A stretch of 124,000 nucleotides of DNA from Octopus vulgaris (GCA_951406725.2 OX597822.1:43544001-43668000), one strand, 5' to 3'; shown: positions 29,978 through 45,069, counted from the first letter of the stretch. Numbers and translations are program-made. The notes: generated from the sequence alone by a model not told the origin.

Positions 29978-30275
29978 TTAGATGCACTGAATTCGATTCC
30001 CGGAGCGGGCTCTGTGTTGTATTCTTTAGCAAGACATTTTATTTCATATTGCTCCATTGCACTCGATTGTAGAAATGAATTGCAACGTCACTGGTGCCGA
30101 GTTGTATCGGCCTTTACCTTTCCCTTGTACAACATCAGTGGCGTGCAGAGGGAAGGTTGTATGGGCGACTGCTGGTCTTCCATAAACAATCTTGCCCGGA
30201 CCTGTGCTTCGGACGGGAACTTTCTAGGTGTAATCCTATTGTCATTCATAACCAAAAGGGTTCTTTATCCTTTTT
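29978..30275 (+). mobile_element. SINE family D, 5'-degenerate
   Basis: Matches the 117110 copy (gcaacgtcactggtgccgagttgtatcggcc...tttctaggtgtaatcc). Confidence 0.7.
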
Positions 30276-30881
30276 ACCCTTTTAAAATGCAAGAAAGAAC
30301 AAACGTGAAGTCAGCATGGCCGGATTTGAACCTAGAGTATAAATACAGATAACTAATACAGCGTGACGTTGTCTACAGCAATCCACTGTTTGCGATGTCC
30401 CCCGATATGTACGGGTAATCCACTGGTAGTGTTAAACAATTTCGATTAGTACTGATAGGGGTAGTAAAATGTAAAAGTGGCAGTAGAAGTGTCGGTAGAG
30501 GCTATAGTAACGGAATAGCTAGTAGTAGTTGTAGTGCTAGCGATAGAGTGGAAGTATGAGTGGTAGTATTAGGGTTGTAGCTGCGGTTGTGTTGGTAATG
30601 GTAAAAGTGGTAGTAGTAATAGTGGTAGCAGCGTGTGTTTTATTACTAGTATTCATAATGGTAGTTGTAGTAGTAGCTGTCATGGGGATAATTCTTTCTA
30701 TATTCAAATCATGATATGATGGCGTTCTTTCTGCTCTCGTTCTTGCTGTTGTTGTTTTTGTTGTTGTTGTTGTTGTTTTCTGTTATTGTTGCAGTTGTCC
30801 TATCAATAGCTAGCAATTAATCTTCGGAATACTTTCTGTTGAAGACATCTTCTGATACTGCTTGTGTATACGCATGAGTCA

Positions 30882-30914
<33 letters not shown>

Positions 30915-30958
30915 CGCATATATATATATGTATGTATATATTTGTATATATGCATATA

Positions 30959-31003
<45 letters not shown>

Positions 31004-31789
31004 TGTGTATGTGTGTGTGTTGTGCGTGTTTATGGATATGTGGGTATCATCTCTCTCTTACTTGTTTCAGTCATTGGACAGCGGCCATGCTGGAGCACCG
31101 CAGTCGAGTTGAAGACATCTATCACTGCACTTCTTTTCTTCTTTTATTGTTTAGTTATGTTTAGCCTGGTAATTATTCTATTGAAATCATTTTGACAGAA
31201 GTTCTAAGTTATGAGGACGTGAACACACCAACACCGGCTGTCAAGTTGTCAAGTGGTGGTGGTAGTGAATAACTACAAAGACATGCGCGAATATCCATCT
31301 ATCTATCTATCTATCATCTATCTATCTATCTATATACAGACGACAAATTCTTTCAGTTCCTCTCTACCAAATCTTTGGTTGGCCAGGACCTTTAATAGAA
31401 AACAATTCCCCAGGGTGTTTTTCAGTGGGATTGAACCTGCAACCAGATGGAAAGGAAGCATGCTTCTTACCACAGAGCCATGAGTGCAGCGTTTATTTCT
31501 AATTTGATATTATTGTATCATTTCTTTTGCCAATCTCTCAAGCTAAAAAGACGTAAACAAACTAACACCGGTCGTCATGTAGTGAAGGTCGACAAACACA
31601 ACACACACAAACTCATATATATGATGGGCAACTGAAACATTCATGGTTTTAAGGGTATTGCAAAAAGCCTGGTTACAGGCCCAAACTTGCAACTTCTTTT
31701 TACAGGGCCTAGAAAAACTGAAGGTCCACTGCAATAAATGTGTAATTCACAGAGGGGTATATATTAAATCTTTTCTACTATAGGAACAA

Positions 31790-31980
31790 AACTGAAATTC
31801 GGGGGAGGGTTAAGTCGATTATATCGACCCCAGTACTCAAATGGTACTGAATTTATCGACCCTGAAAGAATGAAAGGTAAAGCCGACCTTGGCGGAATTT
31901 GAACTCAGAATATAGCGACAGTTGAAATGACACCAAGAATCTCGCCAGGTGTGTTAACGACTCTGCTAACTCACCGCTTG
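31790..31980 (-). mobile_element. SINE family C
   Basis: Reverse complement of the family C core. Confidence 0.75.
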
Positions 31981-32115
31981 GAGTGAGGGGTGGGGAATAT
32001 GTTGAAAAACAAAATCATTGGGGGCTGATTCGCTGGTGCAAAGGTAACACTTAGTCGCGTTAACGAATGAATGTGAGTTCGACTCCCACGCGGATAGGAA
32101 AGCCTTATTTTTAAA

Positions 32116-32286
32116 TAGGCACAGGAGTGGCTGTGTGGTTAGTAGCTTGCTTGCCCGCCACATGGTTCTGGGTTCAGTCCCACTGCGTGGCACCTTGGGA
32201 GAGTGTCTTCTACTATAGCCTCGGGCCGACCAAAGCCTTGTGAGTGGATTTGGTAGACGGAAATTAACAGAAGCCCGTCGTGTATG

Positions 32287-32363
<77 letters not shown>

Positions 32364-32560
32364 TTGTGTGTCTGTGTTTGTCCCCCCAACATCGCTTGAC
32401 AACCGATGCTGGTGTGTTTACGTCCCCGTTACTTAGAGGTTCGGCAAGAGAACCGATAGAATAAGTACTAGGGTTACAAAGAATAAGTCCTGGGGACTAT
32501 TTGCTCGACTAAAGGCGCTGTTCCATCATGGCCGCAGTCAAATGACTGAAACAAATATAA
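32116..32560 (+). mobile_element. SINE family A, full length
   Basis: ggcacaggagtggctgtgtgg head, (TA)(TG) centre and complete tail. Confidence 0.9.
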
Positions 32561-32925
32561 GAATAATTAGCTGATCCTCCTCTATTTTTTTTTGCCCAAA
32601 GTCAGCAACTTTTCAGCCTCCTCTCGTATATACAACGGGTTTCCATGCAGTTTCTGTGTACCGAATTTAATCGAAGCATTGCTTGGTCCGGGGCCATAGC
32701 CATAGACATGTACCCATGCTGAAGCACTGTGAGTTTCTACATGAAACCATGTATTAACATACTGAACCTCTTAATCACACAACCATGATTTCCACTGTTA
32801 GTTTGAATCAGCATCAAGTGTTGTGTTACTATGTATTCTTGACTGTGCGTGTCGTTATATATGTATACGTGTGTGTGTATATATATATATACACGCATAT
32901 ATCTATATATGTGTGTGTATATATG

Positions 32926-33290
32926 TATACGCGGGGGTGCTGAAGAGTTCCTTGCGTTGGGTAAAAGAAAACACGGGAGGGTCAGTTAATTGTAAACTTT
33001 ATTCAAAATATTTCTTACTCAGATTAACACACTTATTGCAGCGGTCTTTCAGAATTTCGAAGCCCTTTAAAAAGAGCTCGGAACGTCGGTCCTCTAACCA
33101 GGCCTTTCGCGACGCCCTTAAAGCCAGAAACTTTTCAGTACTCCATCGTATATATATATGTTCTATCGTACTTTTGCCGGTGTTGAATACATCTGGAAGT
33201 ACTTGTATACTAAATACATCCAGATGTCGAATGACAGTAGTTATAAGTTTAGTCCTTAAAGATAAAACCATTTTGCGTAACGTATATTTC
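32926..33290. mobile_element. Mariner-like terminal fragment (second TIR family)
   Basis: tatacgcgggggtgctgaagagttcc resembles mariner TIRs and is followed by mariner-like 3' sequence. Confidence 0.45.
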
Positions 33291-34770
33291 CGCAAGCAGA
33301 TTTATAATCCCAGTCTGTCTGTCTGTCTGTCTGTCTATCTGTCTGTCAGTGAATATCTTTTCGCCTGCTGTCAGATTACATATTTGTTCTCTACTTCCTC
33401 AGTATTCTAGAAATTAGCAAACACTCTTCGTCTATCTGCCTATCTCTCATACATCCATCCATCCATCTTTCTCCCCCCTCTCTCTCTCTCTCTATATCTA
33501 TCTATCAGTCTATTTGTCTGTCTGTTTAACTGTTTGTCTGCCTGTATGGATGTGCACATGGGCGTGTCTGCATATGTTAATGAGTATATATATATATACG
33601 CGCACACATACGTAACTTCACGTCCACTCCTACATAGAGGCAACTAAGTGTTGATGTATTTACATATAAGTAAACTATGTAAATATGCATACACACACAC
33701 ATACACACACACACGCTTATAAAAATGCACCCACACACGAACAGACATATACACAGAATCCGACAGTGAAACACATACACACACACACACACACATACAA
33801 ACAAACAAACTAATATATAGAAATATTGCATTGTCAAAGAATGATGACGGTTGAACGGTCCGTTGCCCGGTGCGATGTGTTGTAGTGTGATTTAATACGT
33901 TACAAAGTGACGCTTCATTCAGTCGGCCATTTGTCAATTTTACCCCACCAACGCCACACGTATATTCAGCATTCAGTCCGTCTTTTGATGTTTCAAAAAC
34001 CACTCAAAACCCCTTCCCGCATCATCCCATCCCAACCTCACATGATGAACCTAACCTTGTCGCCCTCGAACCAGCCCATAACGTATATATGTTTGAATAA
34101 ATCTAATCGGTTTATACATGAGATACAATATGTAAATATGCACTCCATCCCCGTACATAGCCATCTTCATTGAAAATCACTCTGACGTTTGGAAATACTC
34201 TATTTATTTAAAATTGAAGACTTGCATATGACTGTATCTGTGTGTATGTTTGTGCGAGTGTTTGTGTGTGTGAGTGCGTGTGCGATGTTTCCTGTGTATA
34301 TGTGACGTGTGTGGTGAGGCTAGCGTGTGTGTATACAGACAAATTAAATGCACACACACATGTGTATAAGTGTGAAATATTGATGCACATATATCATATG
34401 AATATAAAGATTTGTATATATATATATGTGTGTGTGTGTATGTTTGTACATATATATATATATATATACATATATAGGTAAATAATAGAGCATATGTATG
34501 TATATATATATATATATATACATATAATAGATGCATATGTATATATATATATATATATTTACATGTACATTTATATGAATATATGTATACACTTATATAC
34601 ACAGATGCATGTATTCATTGCATATAAAAATACAAACACACAAAGACACACACATATATGTAATCCACAAACATATAAATCCATATATACATACTTTATG
34701 TCATATATATATACATATATATATGAATATATATATATACATATATATACATATATATATATATATACAT

Positions 34771-34801
<31 letters not shown>

Positions 34802-34802
34802 C

Positions 34803-34834
<32 letters not shown>

Positions 34835-35493
34835 ATATGTGAATATACGTATGTATATATTTGTTTATTTTTCAATGTGTGTTTCTGTGTGTAAGTGTAT
34901 GTATACATATACATTTATGTCTATGTGTGCACAAGTGCGTATATGTATGAATGGGTTTGTTTGAATGTATACATATGTGAAAAAATATATAGACCATGCG
35001 TGTGTGCATGTGTATGTGTGTGTATGTGAGAGAGAGAGAGAGAGAGAGAGAGAGTGAGTGGAAGCGAGAGCGGGAGAGCATATGTTCCCATCGGCATAGC
35101 TATATCCTACAGTATCACATTCCATATCAGAGCTTTGCTATTATCTAGTCCCACAATTAAAGAGAGGAATAGATTCCCAGTATGACATTAATAGCGAAAT
35201 AATCTAATTTATTGTTAAAAATTTCTTTATAATTAGTTACATCGCAAATGCTAATTGTCATTATTTAGTACGTGGTTGGGTATATGAGTGGTTTTAAAAT
35301 CTACGTTTGAAGGTGTGTCCATATGAATGATCGTTTGATAATTGTAGTGTGAAATGAAAAGATGCATCGATATGTTATATTTCGGGGTAGGTGTTGGAAA
35401 ACCGTGTAGGAAATACTTGCTATTTCATTTTAAAAATCGGAGAAGATGAAAAGTTATATTCAAATATATACAGGAATATATATATCTATGCAG

Positions 35494-35528
<35 letters not shown>

Positions 35529-35544
35529 ACATTATATATATTTC

Positions 35545-35790
35545 ATCTAAAAACGACAGAAACATAATAAAAACTGTGACTCAAAAGTTTCATGTTCTCG
35601 TTCGTCGGACAGTTTTGTATAGAATTTTAGGATTCTAACCAAATCTGTCCGACGAACGGGAACGCGAATCTCTGAGTAACAGTTTTTGTGATATTTCTAC
35701 TACTTTTCAATAAAGCATATTACTCTACCTCTGGTATTCGAGTACTATTTTTTCCACATTGTTTCGCATTTATGTGCTTACCCAAGTGTA
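35545..35790. mobile_element. Fold-back element of the 29373 family with two HHR-like arms
   Basis: ttctcgttcgtcggacag / ctgtccgacgaacgggaa inverted pair; shared tail aataaagcatattactctacc.ctggtatt.gagtact. Confidence 0.65.
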
Positions 35791-35792
35791 TC

Positions 35793-35837
<45 letters not shown>

Positions 35838-35864
35838 GTGTGCGCGTTGATGAGAATAATGAAT

Positions 35865-36180
35865 GCGCGAAGCGTCAGGCTACACTCAAGAGGTTGTGAG
35901 TTCAATTTCCAAACTGGGCTGAGTGTTCTTGAGCAAGACACTTCATGTCACGTTGTTCCATTTCATTCAGCTGTAGAACTGAGTTGCGACGTGACTGGTG
36001 CCAAACTGTATCGGCCCCTTTGCCTTTCCCTTGGACATCATTAGTGATGTAGACAGGGGGAGGCTGTTATGCATGGGAGACCGCTGGGCTTTTACAAACA
36101 ACCTTGCACAGATTTGCGTTTACGAGATAAACTGTCTGGGTTTCAATCCCATCGTACTTCGTGATGGAAAGGTGTCTTAA
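35865..36180 (+). mobile_element. SINE family D
   Basis: Homologous to 117110-117458. Confidence 0.7.
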
Positions 36181-36417
36181 AAGGTATGAAGAGTAACGTC
36201 TGTTTTTTACGTTATAGTTATAGTAAAAATAGTTTGACATTAAACTGAAGATTTACCATTATTTTTTGTTGAAAACATATCTATGAAACATCTACATGAA
36301 GAGTGGTGGCACTGACTTCAAACATTTTGGCATGCTAACCCTCGATGGATAGATTGCCGAAGGCTAGTAGGCTTAATATTTGGAGTTACTGTCTCCACTA
36401 TTCTTGTAAAAGAATAA

Positions 36418-36515
<98 letters not shown>

Positions 36516-39500
36516 CGGGCCCTAAGGTCCATGTTTGGCGGACAGTTTAACATTTATTTCGCTCCCTGTCTGCCGAGGATGGGCGGTAGTGGCACCGCGG
36601 TACTTTTTCACAAGAGCCTGGATCTCGAAGTCAAGACGATATTCGTAGACCCGGAGGGTAGACTGGTCGTTCTGGATGTTGACGGCAGCAATGGGTGCGC
36701 TTTTCGACTCGTATCAGTCTACGCACCGCCCTTAACAGGTCGGGCGGATTTCTTTCGACGTCTAGAAGTATTCTTGGGAACGTCTCGTCCTTTACTCTTA
36801 GTGGGGGATTGGAATGCTACCTTGGACACGCATGTAGACTACGTGGGTAGAGACAGAAACAGAAGGGGATGCAAATGCCTCAGAGACCTGCTCAGACGAT
36901 TCCAACTGTCTGACAGGTACCGACTCGACCACCCAAATGCACCAACGTGGACATGGAGCAACCGCAGTGGGTCGTCGAGATCGTATCTAGATAGGATACT
37001 GTGTAGGACAGTAGACAAGGATAACTTAGGATGTCCACAATTCCACACAGTCAGCTACACGGATCACAAATTGGTGACGTGTACGCTAGACTTAGATAAG
37101 GCACATAGACAGGGTCCTGGGTACTGGAAACTGAACGCATCATTCCCGTCCAGACAAGTTTTCAGAGACCGGATTAGCACACTAGTAAAGAGGGCTTTGA
37201 CGGGAGCCATCATCAACAACAAATGGTGGTTTGCCCTCAAGAGAGCAGTAAAAGCAGAAGCGATTAGGTACAGCAAAGCACTAGCCATAGATAGAAATAG
37301 AGTAGAGGGTGAGCTAGTTAAGAAGCTAGAAGAGGCAATTAGAAGCGGCATCGCATCCGACGTTTTGGCGGCGAGGTTGGCCCTCGACCAACACTTCAAC
37401 GCCAAACACGAAGGATGTGCTGTCAGAGCTAGGATGCGTGCTCTAAGGAACGAAGGTGTTGGAGCCGCGAGAGAGGCCCGGGTGGCAGAGGCGCAACAGG
37501 GCAACAAAGCCACCATTCGGTCACTGGTAGATGAACAGGGGCGCGAATTGCTCGAGCCAAGTAAAATGTGTGAGGCCTTTCAGCAGCATTTTGCCCGACT
37601 GTTCGGGACGAGTGAAGGGCAAGAACGTAGGGTGGACTTCAGTGCCTACCTACATAGCCTGCCACGACTCTCGACAAGAAAGCAGGGTGCTGCGAAGGTG
37701 CCATCACGGCGGCGGGAGTGCGGGAAGCGATAGCAGAATGCTCGAGGGACAAATCACCGGGATTGGATGGTCTACCCTACGAGTTTTACAATTGTATGCC
37801 AGACTTGTTTGGAGACGTCTTGGCAGCGGTATACTGCAACTGGCAGCAAAACGGGAGCATACCCGGTTTTGTGAGTCGAGGAGCTGTAACTCTGCTGAAG
37901 AAAGATCCAAACAAGGGAAACATTATAGATAACTTTAGACCAATCACGCTGCTCAATGCAGACCTGAAAATTTTGACAAAGGTGTTAGCCAAGAGGTTGG
38001 CGCTTGTCATCAAGAAACTGGTCGACAACGCACAAACGTGCGCCGTGCCGGGCCGGAGCATCCATGACAACCTCCATCTGATGCGCTACATCATAGACAG
38101 GGTAGTTAACGAACCTGGCATGGGTGGGGCCCTGATCAACTTGGATCAATCGAAAGCCTTTGATAGGGTAGACCATCGATACTTGGAGGCAGTCCTGAGG
38201 GCGGCTGGTTTCGGTCCCGTCTTCCGCGGCTGGATAGCTGCCATGTACAGAGGCATCCGTTCGGTAATTCGCGTAAATGGACATCTATCGAGACCTTTCG
38301 ACATTGCACGTTCGGTCCGTCAGGGATGCCCCCTCTCGGCGCTTCTATACGTATTGACTCTTGAGCCACTACTGCGGAAGCTGGCGACTCTAAGGGGCAT
38401 CCCGCGAGAATTGGGATGCGGGACGAGCGTGTCTGCATACGCGGACGACGTCACCGTCATAGTGTCAAGCCACGAGCACATCGAGCGGGTCGGCGAGACA
38501 CTGAAAGACTACGAAGCGGTGACAGGAGCAAAAATCAACCGGGAAAAGACAGTGGGCTTGCGGCTCGGCACCTGGAGAAGCAAGCCCATGCCGTCCACCA
38601 GTACCTCCGTCGTGGGACGCTGGACAGACGGCCCGGTTGAGTTGCTCGGGGTCTGGTTCGGTCCGGACCTCCAAATGGAGAAGAACTGGAACGAGATAAC
38701 GAGTAGGGTGGTCACTCTCGCCCAGCAATGGGCCGAGAGGAAACTGTCCCTAAAAGGTCGGGCGGAGGTGGTGAACGCGTACATCGCGTCCATCATCTAC
38801 TACCGCCTGACCGTCGTACCTTGTCCCGACCCTACCATCACCAAACTAGAACGCATCCTCTTCCGCTTCTTGTGGAAAGGATGCGTCCCGATGGTCAGGC
38901 GATCCATTTGCTGTCAACACCCGTTAAAAGGAGGGCTGGGCATGCCGTGGTTGATGATGCGCAGACACGCGCTGAGACTGCGACATCTCCGGCTCTATGT
39001 AGACGACGGTGAACAGGTGTGGTCGCCGTTTGTGAGGCACGCATTCCCGCAACTCGTCTCCATGACCGAACTACAGTCGTGGATCAAAAAGAGGCCGAGG
39101 AAGGGCGAATGGCACCGCGAGTGTCGCGTTGCTCTCAAGCAACTCTGCCGTCCCGGGTCGACCTTGAGTGACTTCAACACAACCAAAGCATTCTATAGGG
39201 GATTAGTGGATGGGAGGTACGACGACGAGCTCGGAGCAAACCTGGGCGCCGACGAGGAATACCTGACCCGCCTGTTTCAAACGACTTTCGGCCCGGGACC
39301 TATGGACAACTTCCAGAGATCCCTGGCCTGGCGGTGCTACCGAGAAGCGCTACCCGTTCGGGATAAGCTCTACAGGCATGACTCAAGAAACACGGGGCCG
39401 ACCTGCCCGAGATGCGGGCAGAGCGACGAAACCGCTCTGCACGCAATCGTGCAGTGTCCAGCAATTTCCCACCTGTGGGCTTATGTCGAACGACTGCTGT

Positions 39501-39739
39501 CACGTGTGGGACGTGTCGGTTTATCAGCCGAGTCTATCGTTAATATCGTCACGCCTCCTTCCTTCAAACGGGAAGGAAGAGCTATTTTTATCATACTTGT
39601 GGCTATGGCGAAAGAATGTATCTGGTGGACGCGCCTGAAAGGATTAGAGACAAACACTTTCCTCTCTGGTCAATCTCTCATCAACTTCTTCAAGTATCAC
39701 TTGAAGAGGAAAGTGAGTAGAGAGGCAAGTTTTGTCTAG
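36516..39739 (+). pseudogene. LINE ORF2 (EN-RT-zinc finger), near intact: one frameshift near 37700 and a small 3' indel
   Basis: ORF to 37733 holds the EN motifs (VGDWNA, SYTDHKLV, GYWKLN). The 673-aa ORF 37718-39739 holds RT (QGCPLS, YADD) and CPRC...HAIVQC. Confidence 0.9.
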
Positions 39740-40170
39740 TGAATGTTTTAAAAAAAGATGGGTGAATGTAGCAAGGATGGCACGTATGAATGACGAAGCC
39801 ACCTTGACTATGATTCTATGAACCATAAAAATTAATACAGAGAGTTGCTTATTTGCAAAAAAAAAAAAAAAAAAAAGAAATATAACATGTGACTTCATTG
39901 ACCGAGGTTACCGTGGTCTTTTCCGTAGGCTTTTCTTTCCACGGGTAAACCTCACCTGTCCTCCCCTTTACACTTCATATTGACATTTCTGTGATAACGA
40001 TCCCTATTATTCATTTTTTTTCTCCCCCCCTTTTTTTTGTCCTTTTTTCTTTCCTTTTACGATCCCTTTTGATCGAAAACCACCACTCTCTTTTTTTTAC
40101 CCCCAAAAGAAAAGCTCTACCTTGTAATTTGTTCTATCTGTGTGCAGCCCTGTGTGGCTAATAAAGAAAC
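36516..40170 (+). mobile_element. Tx1/L1-clade LINE, 5'-truncated within the endonuclease, copy c
   Basis: Begins immediately after (TATC)n and ends aataaagaaac followed by (TATC)n. Confidence 0.92.
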
Positions 40171-40597
40171 ATATCTATCTATCTATCTATCTAACTATGT
40201 CTGTGTGTAATGTGTGTGTGTGTGTGTGTATATATACAGGCTTAACTAGATACATGTATATGTCGGTATGTGTGTGTATGTATATGCACACATGTACGTA
40301 CAAAAACACATACACACACAACGCATACACGCACTGTGAAACAGAGAAGCGTCTTGAATGTCGACGGCTCTGTATCCGAAATGTCATGAATGCATTCTCG
40401 GTTCGCACGGCAATCAAATTCAATGATACTTATAAACATTCTTGTATGTTGTTTAAAGTTGTCCATGGAAGTTAGAAACATTAGATGTGCGTAGACCGAA
40501 AGGCCGAGAATAAGAGACGGACAGAGAGAAGAACAGGAAGGGTTAGAGAGATACATAGAAAGAAAGAAATCCACACGCACACACACAGGTATTTTCA

Positions 40598-40643
<46 letters not shown>

Positions 40644-41142
40644 TAAATTGTAAGTTGAATGAGATAAAAGAAGGGGAAATCACGATATGAGAACCTTGTT
40701 GTTGAGTGTTTGAAACATTAGAAATTCAAACAGATTATTCGAGAATGTTCGAAAGTAATCGAATTCCAACTTCTCTACTTGAGATCTTTAGAAAGTTTGG
40801 CCCAAACACTGCGCCGTGTACTCATTCTCCATTTCTTTCTCGTTCCGTGAAAGTTGTTGCCAAGGTGCCAAGGTAAGAAGTGTTTGTTTGCAAACGAGAT
40901 GTTAAGAGGTCGCACAAGTTCTAATTACATCCGCAAACTTCTGCACTACTTTGGCTATACTTCACTTGACGGACACAGGAGGCCAACGAACTGTTTTGCG
41001 AGGTTGTCCTCTTGCTTCTGTGTGACTATGTGTAAGTATCTATGCGTGTATATGTGAAAGCGCGAGACAGAGTCTTCATATGTGAGTTTGTATGTCCGTA
41101 TATAATATGTGTGTGTATGCATGTATTTATGTATGTAATCAA

Positions 41143-41277
<135 letters not shown>

Positions 41278-41587
41278 AACCTGTCTGTTGTGTCTGTCTC
41301 TCTTTGCAACAGTCTGTTTATCCGTCTATCTCTTTGTCTGCCTGTCTATCTCGCTATCACTCTCTCTATATATATATGTATATAATATATATACATATAT
41401 TTTTGGCTGTGGTTGCGCGCGCGTATGGTGTTCATGCGCATGTGTGACTATGTGTATGACTTCTTGAAATATTAATTTGTGTCGAAAGAACGGAGAAGAC
41501 TTAATTCAGTACATGCTCTATTCCTTTTTAGTAATTCATGATTCAAACCAATGTGATCATGAGGATAATATATATAAGTATATATAT

Positions 41588-41627
<40 letters not shown>

Positions 41628-41694
41628 CTTGGAAATGGATGTGCGGCGTTCAATTAGATAATAATAAAATAAAAATAATATATGTATATGCATG

Positions 41695-41770
<76 letters not shown>

Positions 41771-41893
41771 CATGGGTACAGGACATCAACAACAGTAAAC
41801 AGCAAGAACTATGAAAAAAAAATGAATTAAATACGCAAACAACGAGAGTGAAATTGGAAAACAGGAGAGTATTAACATACGAGGAAACCATCA

Positions 41894-41941
<48 letters not shown>

Positions 41942-41957
41942 TGTATATGCTTGTGTA

Positions 41958-42150
41958 TCTCTGTTTGTCTTGACAACCGATAGTGGTGTGTTTACGTCCC
42001 CTTAACATAGCGGTTCGGGGCAAAAGGAACCAATAGAATAAGTACTAGGCTTACGATGAATAAGTCCTGGGGTCGATTTGCCCGACTAAAGGTGGTGTTC
42101 CAGCATGGCCGCAGTCAAGAGACTGAAACAAGTAAAAGAATAAAAGAATA
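41958..42150 (+). mobile_element. SINE family A tail
   Basis: cttgacaaccgatagtggtgtg...gactgaaacaagtaaaaga. Confidence 0.8.
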
Positions 42151-42154
42151 CAAT

Positions 42155-43098
42155 AAGACACCTACTCTAAAAACACTAACTTATGTACTCACATACAACC
42201 CCAGAAACAAAGAAACATTTAACATCTTTGCCCCAAATCTCCCAATACTCCATAAGGACCCGACGCTGAAGGCTATTTTACATACGCATAATACTATTAA
42301 AAGCAGTAGACAACCAAATACATTTGAGATCCTCACGAATGCTAAATTATTCTCAAGAATAACAGATGCAACAGTAAAACAATGTGGTCGACCTAACTGC
42401 GGAACAATCTTCTGGAAGGGCAAACATTCAAATTAAATCCAACTTCACTTGCGCCTCTGAAAACCTCCTTTATGTAATAAGATGCTCGGGCTGCTATAAA
42501 ACCTACACAGGTTCTACAAGAATGTCTATCCGACGAAGATGTAATGCTCACAGGCAACAGATATCTTCTCCACTATATGGCCAGATATATCTCAGTGAAC
42601 ACATTGACAGATGTGCAGAACAACTTCAACTACAATTCCTTATCTTCCTGTTATATCAGTTTGCTATTTGGACCTCAACTCAAGTGCGACTAAATAAAGA
42701 GACCTCGCTTATCAAAAAATATAAGCCAGATTGAAATATATTTACGAGTAAATATTTATCACGTGTATTGGATATAATATCGATATAAGCCAGACTCAAA
42801 TACAAATCAATATTAAAAATTTCAGATTAACCTCCCCTTCACTGAAAAATACCTTGTTTACCAATTATCCCTCCTAGCAAACCAAATCTCTAACTCCGAA
42901 TTGTATTCAACACTCAAACTTTGAAAAGCAATAGCGAAACCTGTTATTATGTTAGAAGAGAAAAGTCTTATTTTGTATAATATTGTATAATACTTTTGCT
43001 TTGATGATTCTTTAGTCTTGTAGAACAAATGTTTTTTTTCATTTTTTCTTTCTTTGAATATTCAACCACGTTGAATTAATAACCATCCTTTCTATCTC

Positions 43099-43100
<2 letters not shown>
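42155..43100 (+). mobile_element. Penelope-like element 3' fragment: linker, GIY-YIG endonuclease and 3' UTR
   Basis: TYNPRNK...CGRPNCGT, then FTCASENLLYVIRCSGCYKTYTGST...HRQQI...RLNKETSLIKKYKP; ends in (TA)n. Confidence 0.8.
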
Positions 43101-43159
<59 letters not shown>

Positions 43160-43989
43160 GTCAATGGACGCAAATTAATAGTTAGGTAGCAAGTGCTCAG
43201 ATAGGTTTGTCATTAAAACTACGGCCTAGACTTCAGCTGAAAGTGTGATGTTGTGGCTGCCTATCAGAGGTGGCTAGAAGGGTTTCTTCCTTGAGCAGAT
43301 TGACATAGATTAAATTATAAACAAACAACAACAAAAACTCCATTGGGTATCACTTGAAATGAACATTTGATTTAGATAGAGAATATAAACAGAGAGTCAT
43401 GTACGGCTCTTTCTGCATCATCCAAGTATATGTATCACCCTATTGAGAAATAATTTTTTTAAGCTGCGTACACCGTCATCAAGGAAGGAGAAGCCAGGGA
43501 GATGTAAAACTACGGGAATATCCCCAATCGCGGCTATTCGTATATTCCAGTTCATTAAGAATGAAGGAAGGATCAGAATAAGATAGGTACGCGTTCGGTG
43601 GTTCCATGATGAAAGAAATAACACAATTATAGGTAATGTTCGCTAGAAGTTACAAACGAGAATGTTCGGTGGTAATCCATGGCAAGGACATGTGAAAGTT
43701 TCCAGTTCCAGTTTTAAATAGAGAATGAAGGTTGAATAGAAATATTATGCTACAGTATGAAGGAGAAGGTCACAATAAGATGCGGTAGAGTAGCTATGCA
43801 CTAGTCAGTATAGAAGGAGTATGTATGTCGAGAGAGGTTAGGGGATATATGCATACAGACAGATAGATAAAGGGATGAATCATACCAGATATAAGCTGTC
43901 CTCCATTTAAGTGATCTCCAATGTTGGTCTGAGCCGGCAAAACTGGAAAGGGAGAGGTTGTGATGGTAATAAGGCGGTTGTAAAAGATA

Positions 43990-44355
43990 ATGAAGATCAA
44001 AAGCTAAATATCAAAGGGCAAAGAAGATCAAAAGCTAAAGATCAAAGGCTAAAGAGACTGAAGATCAAAAGAGAAGATCAAAAGTTAAAGATTAAAAGTT
44101 AAGGATACTGACGATCAAAAGCGAAAGAAGATCAAAAGCTAAAGATCAAAAGTTAAAGATCAAAAGCTAAAGATCAAAAGCTAAAGATCGAAAGTTAAAG
44201 ATCAAAAGTTAAGAATTCTGACGATCAAAAGCGAAAGAAGATCAAAAGCTAAAGATCAAAAGTTAAAGATTAAAAGTTAAAGATTAAAAGTTAAGGATGC
44301 TGACGATCAAAAGCGAAAGAAGATGAACTGCTAAAGATACTGAAGATCGAAAGTT
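43990..44355. repeat. 13-bp minisatellite (aagatcaaaagct/aagatcaaaagtt) with variants
   Basis: Direct inspection. Confidence 0.9.
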
Positions 44356-44459
44356 AAAGGAGGCCTGATACTAATAGAAGTGAGTGGAGGCTTAAGGCTC
44401 GCCTGTATAAGTGGTGTTTCAAATACATTCTCATAATATGGATCTCAAACTTTGACAAA

Positions 44460-44648
44460 AGTGCAAGTTAGGGGGCAAGTCGATTCCATAGACTCCAGGG
44501 CTCAACTGGTACTTATTATATCGATCCCGAGAGGATGAAAGGCAAAGTTGACCTCGGCAGCATTTGAACTCAGAACGTAACAGCGGACGAAATGCAGCAA
44601 AGAATTTTGCCCGGTGTGCTAACGATTCTGCCAGCTCACCGCCTTATA
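44460..44648 (-). mobile_element. SINE family C
   Basis: Reverse complement of the family C core. Confidence 0.75.
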
Positions 44649-44875
44649 AGAGCCTATAATGTTAATTAAAAGCAAAACCAGTAGAGTGTGGATTCATTGG
44701 CAACAGAGGGATGAAAAGAAAAAATTCAAACTGACAAATAAAGAATAAGACGAAAATAAACATAAACACACGCACATATATTTGTTCGTCACTCGTTTAT
44801 TACTGTCCTTGTGCGTATGTGTGTGTGTATGCCTGTGTTTATGGATGTATGTAATCATATCTATCTATCTGTCTG

Positions 44876-44935
<60 letters not shown>

Positions 44936-44996
44936 CCATCTATCTATCTGTCTGTCTGTCTGTCTGTCTATCTCTCTATCTATCTATTTATCTATC

Positions 44997-45069
<73 letters not shown>

